Shown here one piece after another: positions 35,716 through 46,812 of a stretch of DNA of 64,000 bases. The stretch's first letter is position 1; each line of letters opens with the position of its first letter. Below the pieces are notes generated by a model that was not told the DNA's origin, did no database searches, and saw only the letters and a list, made by a program, of their open reading frames with translations. The stretch spans positions 1-64,000 of the forward strand of contig CDROCS010005437.1 of the NCBI GenBank assembly GCA_977020255.1. Direction: 5' to 3'. The position numbers and the translations under genes are program-made. The stretch is from Obrimoposthia wandeli. Taxonomy: Eukaryota.

Positions 35716-38145
35716 CAAGGCTGGATTAATAGTCTCGTAGGCTCTCTAACCTTTTTAACTCGTCGACCCTTTATGACCTAATTATCTTATTATCGACCCA
35801 TTTAAGTTTAATGTAAAGATTAAATAATTTAATAATCAAAAAAAGTAACTGGTATGTCAATATTTATTTGTTACAATAAATCTCATTAATGAGATGGTTG
35901 TGGTTGATGAGCAGCGGCAAGACTATCAATATTAGGTTGAAAATTGGTAAGCTTAAGTCTTAAATCTCCACGGTTTTCCAGGTTCAATCTATTCCTCTGT
36001 TTTGTCAAAATGGCGTTAGCATGGCTAAAACCAGCTTCAACCATATACGACGTTGGGAATGCAAGTAAGAAAGGCTCAGCTGTAGCCCTGAGCTTGGGAT
36101 ACTTTGTAGCAATATTGATGTTTTTCCAATATTCACTTATGTTTCCTTTTTTAAATAAGACTTTAGCTTCGAGATCTACACTTTTCATAATCGTTTTCCT
36201 CACACAAATTTGCAAACAGTCGTGAATTGAGAGGAGAAGTTTTGATTTTATTAATTGATCTGATGCAGACTTTTAAAGCTTCATGTAGTTCTCCACTTAG
36301 TTTTTTAGCTACAAGATGTTGCCTGTGTAAGACACAGTGAACAGTGCGCACTGTAGGAACTTTCTCTTTGAGAAAGGCAGAAAATCCTCTATACCGGCCT
36401 ACCATAGCTGGTGCACCATTAGTAGCTACTGCACTAATATTTTCAAGAGTAATAAATAAGAAATATATTTAAAATATAAAATTTATTAGACCACCAGGGG
36501 TCGATATCGACCCCGTTGGGGACCCCTGCTCTAGACAATTGGAGAACTCATGTGTCTTAAAACCCGATATTATTATTGATTATATTTTAATCACTAAATA
36601 AATCTATAACAAATTAAAGAATAAATTATTGGATTGAAGGTTACTTTTGAAAATAAATGTATTTAACCATTTACTATTTGTAAACATTATATTCTAAAGG
36701 TTTCGTTTGAAATAATCAGCTCATAATGGCCGATGAATATAAAAGATAAATAAACTAGCTGAATGGGTACCATGTTCTGCTATCAATCTTAATTTAGTTG
36801 GAGTAGCTGCTGCAGAATGCTGTTCGGAGGCAGTTAATTCTTTTGGACTTTTACAATCGGTATATAACTTTTTCTTTACACCGCCACAAAGATGGTTAAA
36901 ATTAAAAGAAAGCATGAGAGATAAATCTTTAATTGTTCAAAGTTTATCACAGATGAGATGGTCAGCACGAAGTGATGCTGTAAAAGCATTTCATACGAAC
37001 TATTTTGAAATTCGCCAGACATTACTAGACATTGCTAACTGTGAGCATCAACCTCCAGCTGTTGCTCATTTGTCAAATTCGTTAGCTAAGAATTTTGATC
37101 ATCTTGAAACGATATTAACCCTCACTGTGCTATGTATTTAATACAGTACGTATTATCATCCTGCATTATCGGGTTTCCATGTCGCTCTAGGTTTTCATAT
37201 TGATTTTGTTTATAGACATTAAAATAACTTAGATAATACGTATGTCATCACCATGGAAATCGATGGGAAATCCCCTGTCTAAAAACGAGTTAACTCGGTT
37301 CCCGTCACTGTATGCGTATTTGTCGGGACCGAGTTATCTCGGTTCCCGCGTATTGAGTTGCATATGGAATGATTTGCTTGAAAATATTAACCTTGTAAAT
37401 AAATCGGTGCAACAGCTTGGTTTAGAAGTACGCACTATAATAAAATTATATGATGGTCTTATTTTCCATTTTATTGAAGTACGAAATAAATTTGGCGAGT
37501 TTGAAACCAAAGCAAAAGAACTGTCGTCATGGAACACAAAAATCCACGCAAAATACCCAGAAACATTTTTTTGAAGAAACTGAAATTTCCGAATAAATTC
37601 AAAGTGGAAATGAAAACACTTCGAGTTGCCTACACAACGTCTTCGATAGGATATGCCCAGTGATCATATGTCAATTAAAGCTCAATAGTTAGTAGCAGCT
37701 TACCCAACAGATTTTAAAGAGTTCTTTGTGAAAGAGCTCCATTTATTTTCAAAAATCTGTGACGTGAAAATGTTGGCTTCCGAAGTGATTACCAAACAAA
37801 TAAAAGAAAAATTAGTTACCAGATTCCCAAACGTTCACATCGCGTTGAGAATCTACTTGTCCGTAATTGGTTCAAATGAAGAAGCAGAATGATCATTCTC
37901 AAAACTTAAAATAATTAAGAACTATTTGCGTACGAGTATCGGACAAGGCAAATCATCATCACTGGCGCTACTTTCAATTGAAATAAATGTCTATTGAAAA
38001 TGTCTTTTGAAAATGTAATATTTGAATTTGCAAATAAAAATGTTAACAATAAAGGTTTATCATTATTTTTAAATTTCGTAGGCCCTTTAGTTTTCGTAAG
38101 CCCTAGGCAAAGTGCCTTCTTTGCCTTTAGGCTAATCCGGTATTG
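35716..38145 (+). mobile_element. hAT transposon (ZMYM1/Tip100-like), decayed
   Basis: 8-bp TSD ACTCTAGA at 35708-35715 and 38146-38153; imperfect TIRs CAAGGCTGGATTA / TAATCCGGTATTG; transposase fragments LNLVG, RWSARSDAVKA, SFSKLKIIKNYLRTS. Confidence 0.85.
35738..36528 (-). mobile_element. Buster/Charlie-type hAT, internally deleted, nested in the previous hAT
   Basis: End GTTGGGGACCCCTG followed by CTCTAGAC; ATNGAPAMVG, HCVLHRQHL, FPTSYMVEAGFS, DLRLKLTNFQPNI...QPSH. Other TIR is degraded. Confidence 0.8.
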
Positions 38146-38873
38146 ACTCTAGAGAAGAAATCCCTAAACATACCTATTTTAATTAGAGACGATTTTCAAG
38201 TTTCATTGTGATTGTATGACAACTCTCTGTTCCTAAAGTTAGTAAAGAAATCGAGCCATTTTAGTGTACACAGTTTCCTTTTAGTAACCTTTTGTCAAAT
38301 GGTAGTGTAATAAATATTATAAACAATAGTGACGAAGTGCGTTTCATCTCAGGAAAATTATTAAATCCATTTTGCGTGAGAGGTACCAAAATAAGAGTAA
38401 ACTGAATGATACGTAGGCAGAGACGCCAGCTACATCGATCATTTTGTGTGCTGTTATCAGAAAAATATATGGTGTGAACCAGAATGATATTCGTCCAATT
38501 TTTTGAACTAGTCATTGCCAGACTATTTATTAAATTGTACAAGTATTAGCCTAACTGACTAGAGATATATTCCAACAAAACACAACAACCGTTTTGGAGA
38601 TTTACAAAATGTATCTGCACAACCTACTACAACACATACTACTAAGCAATAAGCTAGATAAAACACTACCTTCAGACATGACAATAGGTGCTGTCGCTAC
38701 AGAACTCACGATTAGGGCCTCCCGTGGATGACTCTAGAGAACGATTTTATGAAACCGAAACGCCTATTTTCAACACAATACCGCTACAATGCTGATTGAT
38801 GAAAATCACAACGGTTGGTGATTGTTTCTAACACATTATTCCGCTACAAATAGGTCGGGTTCTCATTCGATTT

Positions 38874-41460
38874 AAATAGCCGACGTCTGATGAAACTGTA
38901 TCAACAGTAGCCAAATCTGTCATCAACTTATTCAACTCTTCCTCATCATAAACCCACTTAAAGTTGGCATGAGGTAGAGGTTGAGTAAGCGCCCACCCAT
39001 ACAAATTATTAATATCGATGTACAGAATCTCCGTGGATTAATTTTTGACAACATGATGTTTGTTGACAAAAGTCATTCCACCGCGTATACCATAATCATA
39101 CATTTGATACATCGCGGGATCTTGCAGTAACTCGATATGAATTTTAAGAGTGTTTATTGCTGTTGCCCATGAAAGACCAGATAACTAAAGAAATGCATGG
39201 GATCTAGCCCATCTTCTGCTAAAGATTTTACATGAAAGGACTCAAAAACATCAGCGAAAAGATAAATGTCTAACTTCATATAATAAAGCATATATTCTAA
39301 AGGATTTTGACAATTATTCTCTCAAAATGTACGGGCCTTACACCCTCAAATTCAGTAATGGGTGGGATTTCTGTAATATTTTGTAAATCAGCAAAGGTTT
39401 TCGCAAATTTATACGGAAAAATCCCCTAATAATTAACCAAAGTTAGGAACACTGACTGTGTAATTGGCCATGCATTTAAAGATGCCGTAACATTTTTAAA
39501 AGACCCGCTCAAAAACTGCAAAGAATTTATGAATCTTAAGCTGCAGAATTCAGTATATGCAGTTAAAGATAAATATTTCTCTGAAGTTTGAGGTATACAT
39601 GAAATTTCCTTTGAGATTATGAAACTCGATGAGAATGCGTGGTTTTTTAGGGAGATGACGGCCAAGATTACAAAGGTTGCACGCCACTCCCAAGTATCGC
39701 CCCGTAACATGATCGTGATCTCTGACTAACTTAGACTGGGTTCCACACAAATAACATAATCTACAAGAATTAAAATTAACCCAGTCTATGCCTGTCATGA
39801 TCATTGCTTGATGAGCATTGAGATCCTACCACGGTTTGACAATTGTTGTTCCTAATTCCTCTAATTTTAACATAAAATCTAAAATACAATTTGGACCGGA
39901 AAATTTATAATACTGGGTAATATTGGGGCCTAAGAATAGTAGTCCTGCCGAAGCCGGTAGGTGAATACTCTCATACTAGTCATGCAATGCTAAAATTGAC
40001 TCAAAATCTGCATACACCCTGAATTCCACGGGTATGCATTTTGCCCAATCCCTGAATTTTGAATCCTTATCCTTAGGCATGCTGTATAGCGTATTGTCAC
40101 CAGGATTCAGTGAAAATAATGTCAGATGTTTGCTGTAAGAGAGCTCGGATCGGAATCCATGCAAACATCTATGACACCACTTACACCTTATCCTAACCCG
40201 TAAGGCTCCATTATCTAAATTTAGAAGACGATCTAAACTGGGAATTGCAGCATAATGGAATTTTTTATTATGTTCGAGCAAAATTAAGTTGACCCGAGTC
40301 CCCTCATTTTTTTCTCCTATAAATTACATCTACAAAAGGATTTTAAAAATTTTCTTCATCTGTTACATTAACTGGGATATCAGTATTATATTTGAATACA
40401 TTAATACTCAAGTTATTAAGATGTTCAAATCTTGATATCGCAGTTAATTTAACAGGAAAATCTATTCCATGATACTGCAATTCATTTAAAAAAGGGGTAT
40501 ATTTACTGACACGATCTCTATGCTCAGTAATCCCTTTTGAGGATGGCCAACACGCTATACAGAAACCAAAGGTTATAACTGTTTAGTATGTTAACAATGG
40601 AACGTGAAAGTTGAAGACATCTAGGTGAAGGAATGTATGAACTCCCCAAAAGATATATCATGTCAGTGAACTTTGTTAGAACAACGATAACATTGTGAAT
40701 TCTAACTAGAGTCTATCCACTACTTAACTCGCTATAATAAGCAATTTTTTATCTATGTTTCTTCCAATTTCAGTTACAAAATTATCATAGAAAACAGTTG
40801 CTTTATGTGAAATTACCAAGTTTTAGTCTCCTCATTGACATTTTCAAACTGCTCTGTTGCGCAAAATTGAACCTTAGCATGTCCTAATTTAGTCACTTCT
40901 GATTTTAAAGACTTTCAATATTTGAATCTACACCTACGTTTAAAAATATTTCAATTCCTAATGGCACCTTAACTATAACGTATTTATTATTTAGGTGATA
41001 CTCTATAGTAGCACCGTTTTCCTACGTTTTTTGGGTGGGACCTTATTAAGAAATTGGCCTTGCCTCTTTCTTCCTACAGTCGCTGACAAACCTCCCCCTA
41101 ATTGAACGGGAAGACAACTATTTATATTAACAGTTGAGGCAATCGCAGCTGATGTGGAAGGTGCTGCTATTGGTGATGCTGCCGATGTTGAGGCAATTGC
41201 TGTTGATGTAGACGATGCTGCTGTAGTATATGCTACCGCAGATGATGAGACAGTAGATGCTGCATTTGAAGTAGCAGACATTGCCGACGAAGAAGCGGCT
41301 GTTGTAGAGGATGATGCTGCTGAAATAAATATATTTTAAAAATAAATATATATTTTTAAATTATTACCTCTAAGACGTGCAAACATCTATGTAGTCACTC
41401 ACGATGGGGGAGGCATAGCTATCGTAGCGGACGACGGCTGTATCACGGTATTTCCTGAAT
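38874..41460 (-). pseudogene. polB: pPolB of copy A2 with spliced Ala/Ser/Thr-rich N-terminal exons
   Basis: Intron-like GT-AG segments at about 41322-41370 and above 41458; A/S/T-rich exon leading to PPKKRR then ENGATIEY...KVQFCAT; same Exo and endonuclease VII-like motifs as A1; motif A (LYIDINNLYGWA); truncated at 38874. Confidence 0.85.
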
Positions 41461-42865
41461 AAAAAATTAAAAAATAAATATATATAATTACAATTTTAAA
41501 AAATAATCAGAAAAATAATAGTAATTTTTAATTTGCACTGTTGCGCAAAATTGAACCTTAGCCTGTCCTAATTTAGTCACTTCTGATTTTAAAAGACTTT
41601 CCATATTTGTATCTACACCTACGTTTAATAAAATTTGATTTCCTAATGGCACCTTAACTATAACATATTTATTATTTAAGTGATACTCTATAGTAGCACC
41701 GTTTTCTCTACGTTTGTAGAGGCTGCATTTGAGGTAGGAGCCACTCAATATCCAGTAGCTGATGGCCATCTTATAAAAAATATTATAAATAAAATTGTTT
41801 ATATTTAGTTTGGTTATGTAAAATATTTAAAATATAACACTATAAAAAATCCATAAAATCAAAAGAAAAAATTTTTTTTTCGAATTTTTAAGAAGAACCC
41901 TCTTTAGGTTTAATCGGGAGGATTTTCTTTCTTGCGGCTCAGCGATTTTCTTCCGTCTCCACACTTATTTTTTTCCTATTCAACCTTTCTATTCCAGTCC
42001 AGTATCCGACGTCGTTCTGCTAGCCGCCTGTCCTGAATCTCCACCCGACGATTCCACTCGGTCGCGACAGCAGCATATAAATTTAGATTGAGGACCCTCT
42101 TTCTTAAATCTCCTTTCTTCACATTTCTTTTTATATTGTATTCTATCTTCGTCACGAGACTTTGCATTTTAGAAAATTCTATTTTTGAACCTATTTATAT
42201 AAATCTGAAATATTTTTAATCCAATCACAGTCAATTAAATGATATTTTTTTATTTATCAAATTAGAGTTTATAATTTAATAAATCTATAACTAATCATTA
42301 CATTTATATATAAATAAACTTATATTTTTGAAATTAAAGAAGTTTAAAGAATTATATTATTCCTAATTAATCCAACCAACATTGAATAAGTTTTTTTTTT
42401 CAAATGAGACTATTTTTTAATAAACTTAAGATTGTATTTTAATATAACTAAATTTCGTAAATATATCTAAATTTTTAAGTTATTTTTAAAAGTTAAACTA
42501 AAAACATAACACGTAAAATTATTTTTTATAAATTATATTGTTACATAGCACGTAAAATTATTTTTTATAAATTATATTGTTTCTAAAACACTACACAAAG
42601 TCATCGTTGGGATCATCCTCATCGATATCCCTCCGACTGAGTGGTATAGGAGTAAGCGGCACTGGCTCCTTATACTTCTTTGGTCGCCCTGGCTTTTTTT
42701 TGGCTGAACCCGTTGCTGTGCAGCAATTGGCCTTCTCTGAGGTTTTGGCAGTTAGTTGCCGCAACTTTTTCGGAGGAGGTGCAGCCGATGTTGATGGCCC
42801 GGACGAAGAAGTTGTAGCCTTCCTCTTCCGCAGAGCTTTCTTCAATTTATCCTCCTTCTCACGCT

Positions 42866-43001
42866 ACACAATGAGTACTCAGTTCGTACTTCCATTTTTT
42901 CAAATCGGATTTTCCCGATGTCCCAGACACTCCCGTTGTCGCACCAGGCACAGGAAAATCCGATTTGAAAAAAGGAATTACGAACTGAGTACTCATTGTG
43001 T
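42866..43001. repeat. left terminal hairpin of family B
   Basis: Arms 42866-42915 and about 42953-43001 are reverse complements (about 50 bp, few mismatches) around a ~37-nt loop. Confidence 0.93.
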
Positions 43002-43138
43002 CGTAAAATTACAAAATTGCCAAATTACAAAATTTGGCAATTTTTCCATATTATTTAAATTTTGTAAAGTTTCCAAAATTTAAAAAATATATAAAAATTA
43101 TTTTTTTTACTAAAAAAGATAAATTAAATTTTTTAAAA

Positions 43139-45900
43139 ATGGCGAATCCCAATAATCTATTAGAAGAATGGAAAGCTATAATTAATGTATTACATTCTAC
43201 AGAATACATTTTTCCCAATAATTTATTTGAAGATACCTATAATCCTGTAACGCAAATTGATGATATAAACGAAATAAAATATTTAAATTCTCATTATTAT
43301 AAAAATCAAAAAGGAATTGTTTTTCAATATAAAATTAAACCATTTGATAACACAGAAGAAAATATTAGAACTTGTTTAAATTTTATACTAGAAGCAATAA
43401 CAAATCACGATGACAATTTTCGTGTTAAATTAACACCTATTCATTCAATAATTGAATTAAAATATGCCGTATTTCCTTTGACAACAAAAGAAAATGTTAC
43501 AGACCTGCTATATAGCATTTTAGAAAAAATATTACAGTCCGCTGAAGAATTAAGCATAGAAGAAATAGTCTTTGAATTTTTACTTATGCCCATTCCTCAT
43601 GGAAGTGGACGAAATTATAGTGGCACAACTTCTAAAGATATATTATTGCGTAATTTTTCAAAAAATTCAAAATAATGACACACTTTGCTTAGCTCGTGCA
43701 ATAGTAACAGCTTTAACCTATGATAACATTACTAATAAAAATTATCATAATTATTCCAGTAATGATAATAGAATAAGATATATTAGAAGAGGAGAATTTA
43801 TTCAACAAGAGTTAGCTATTAGAATCCACAATTTAGCTAAAGTAGAAATAAAACAAGAAGGTAATAATTTAGACGATTTAAAATTATTTGAAGATTTTTT
43901 AAAAGTAAGAATTGTTCAATATTCTCATAACAATAATAATTCAATAATATACAGAGGCAATGAAGAATATGAAAAACAAACTTTTATTTATTTAAATGAA
44001 GAAGATAAACATTATTCGGCTATAGCCAAAATAGCAGCATTTCTTCAATCAAGAAAATATTGCCATGATTGCTTAACAGGATTTCAAAATCAACATACAT
44101 GTAAAATAACAGAAACCACTCTTTTTAGGCACAAATCAACATGTGAAGAATGTGGCCAAGAATATTTTAGCAGCTATAAACAATAGTGTAATTTTAAAAC
44201 ATGTACCATATGCTATGAACTTTATGAACTCCTTTTAAGGATCACAATTGTTATATGAAAAATAATAATGGAGAATTTAAAATTAGTACAAAATATTTAT
44301 TTTATGATTTTGAATCAACACAAGAAAATGCAGGTTATCATGAAATGAATTATGCTGTAGCATACGACGCAGAAAGAAAAATATTTTATAAATTACAAAA
44401 TAATAAAATATTTAGCTTTAGAGTTCTTTATGAAAATATTGATAGTCACACAGAAAAGTTAGAAAATTACAAAGATAAAATAGAGTTAAAAAATAAATAT
44501 GAAAATCAAATAAAAGCTCTAAATGTCAAAATAAATACAGGTAATTATGATCATGAAGCACAAAAAAATGCTCTTGAAAGTGAAAGATTGAAAATACAAA
44601 CTCTAATAAATAATAATTACTTACTTTCAGAGGATGAAAATAAAGAATATCTAACATTATCAGATATAAATTATGCTCCTAATAAATGGAATTTAGAAGA
44701 AATTAATGTTGATAATATAGGTAACAAAGTTTCTATAGTAGACCACAACGTATATGATTATGACACTGATGAGGAAGAATGTAACAAAAACACACCATTA
44801 ATAGAAACTTTTTGTGAGTTTTTCATTACAAAAAAAATTTATTGCGCATAATTCTAGAGGATATGACAATCAGCCAATTTTGGGTTGGTTAGTTCAAAAT
44901 AAGATTCCTACAGAGAAAATAAACAATGGTAATAAAATTATGCACATGCATGTTAAACATTTTAATATTACTTTTATTGACTCTTTAAATTTTACAATCT
45001 GCCCTTTAAAAGCATTTCCAAAAACTTTTGGCTTTAAAGGTAACAAAGGAGAATTTCCGTATTATTTTAAGAAGTTTGTAGAAAAGGAAATAAAACAATG
45101 GACGTATTGTACAAAAGAACACAAGATAAAAAGAATAACATTATTAACTATTTTAAAGATAAAATGGAAAATGTTAATTATATTGAAATGTGGGAATGTG
45201 AATATGAAAAAAATATTTCAATAAATCCTGAGTTTAAAAATTTAAAAATTGATTGTTCTTTAGAAAAATTAAAACCAAAAGATTCTTTTTACGGTGGCAG
45301 AACAGAACCCATAATGTTATACTGGAATAAAGATAATACACATCTTCAAGAAGAACAAGAATTTACCAAAGGCAATAAAGTTAGATATGTTGATTTTGTT
45401 TCTTTATACCCAACAGAAAATAAATATGACAAATATCCTACAAAACATCATATTAAAATCTTTAATGCTTCTGTGGAATTTTAGGTGAATTAACAGAAGA
45501 AATATCAGATGAATACGGACCAGATTCTTACATTACAGAATTTGTTGCACCTGCTCCAAAAGATTATCATATAAAATTATGGAGCTCAAAAGACCAAAAA
45601 ATTATTTCAAAAGGCAAAACAAAAGGTTTTGTTATTAAAAATATTGAAACAGATAAAATTACAATGGACAAGAAAATAAAAATGATAAAGAATAATTCCA
45701 ACAATCCTTTTAATCAAAATACTCAGGAAAATTATGAAACTATTGAGTGTTGCAAATTTAAATTAACAGGAGATAGTTATAAAATTTTCAATAGAATTCA
45801 AACATTGAGCGAAATAAAGATGTATGGCTTTGATTTTAATAAGAGACGAATAGAATACTTAGAAAATGGAAATGTAATAACTTTTCCATTTGGATATTAA
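43139..45900 (+). pseudogene. polB: protein-primed DNA polymerase B (family B), fragmented
   Basis: LCLARAIV, FYDFEST (Exo I), AHNSRGYD (Exo II), FIDSLNF, EMWECEY, FYGGRTE, YVDFVSLYP (motif A), LGELTEE...ITEFVAPAPKDY; motifs B and C absent. Confidence 0.92.
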
Positions 45901-46005
45901 AAGTTTAGATTTTATAATTTTATAAAATTTGAACATATTAGGAAAATATTTTTTCCTATTTTAAAATTATAACAGTTTTTTATAAATATAAAAAAATTGT
46001 TTTAT

Positions 46006-46809
46006 TCATTCTTTTGCTTCTAATTCTTTTACTCTCTTCATTAAAAAATCTATATTCTTTTCGAGTTCTGAATTTTTCATATTCTTATTCTTATTCTTAT
46101 TCTTATTCTTAGTATTTATAACTGTACCTTTAACACTATTATTCTCATATTCGATCTTTTTTCTCTTATGTTCTTGAGACATTGTTTCTTTATTTCTTTC
46201 CTTAATTTCACATATTTTATTTTTTACTTCTCTAAGAATTTCCTTTGACATTTCCATTTCATCGTTACTTATTTCATTATCTTTCAAACAATTCTGATGA
46301 AATAGAAATAATTTATTTTTACCTTCTTCAAGTGCATGAATTAATTTTTGATACTTCATCTTATTTCTTTTAAACAAACTAAAATTCATAATCTGCTGCA
46401 TCAAAGTACTACCTATAGGTGTTAATGCTAAAGTTATAGCTGGAAGAGCTACAATAGAAATTCCAGCGGTTACTAATCCACTGATAATTATACCTCCTAT
46501 TCCACAAATAGCTGTAAAACTATAATTTGTATATTTCACTATAGCATCAGCTTTGCACCATTTCTTATGTATTTTTTTATAATGTGAAATTTTATCAGTT
46601 AGAAAAATAAGATCATTTTTAAAATTTTCAATTTTCAATTTATTTACAGCTTTTTTATATTCTAAAGTTTCAATATCTGACAATGGCTTTATAGAAAAAG
46701 TATCATAATTATCATAATTATTCATATAAGCAACAGAACCAGAATTTTCATTCAAATTAGGATAAATATTTTGAATATTTTGAATTTCTGAATTTTCCAA
46801 ATCTTCCAT
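46006..46809 (-). CDS. coiled-coil protein with hydrophobic hairpin (putative membrane-active protein)
   Basis: Intact 267-aa ORF; segment FTAICGIGGIIISGLVTAGISIVALPAITLAL flanked by basic coiled coils. Confidence 0.55.
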   Translation of the reverse strand: MEDLENSEIQNIQNIYPNLNENSGSVAYMNNYDNYDTFSIKPLSDIETLEYKKAVNKLKIENFKNDLIFLTDKISHYKKIHKKWCKADAIVKYTNYSFTAICGIGGIIISGLVTAGISIVALPAITLALTPIGSTLMQQIMNFSLFKRNKMKYQKLIHALEEGKNKLFLFHQNCLKDNEISNDEMEMSKEILREVKNKICEIKERNKETMSQEHKRKKIEYENNSVKGTVINTKNKNKNKNKNMKNSELEKNIDFLMKRVKELEAKE

Positions 46810-46812
46810 TTT

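Noticed and set aside
41154-41339. Antisense and alternative-frame ORFs (also 15007-15327, 9322-9597, 35944-36225, 31584-31793, 58410-58949)
   Set aside because: Shadows of better-supported genes on the opposite strand or frame.
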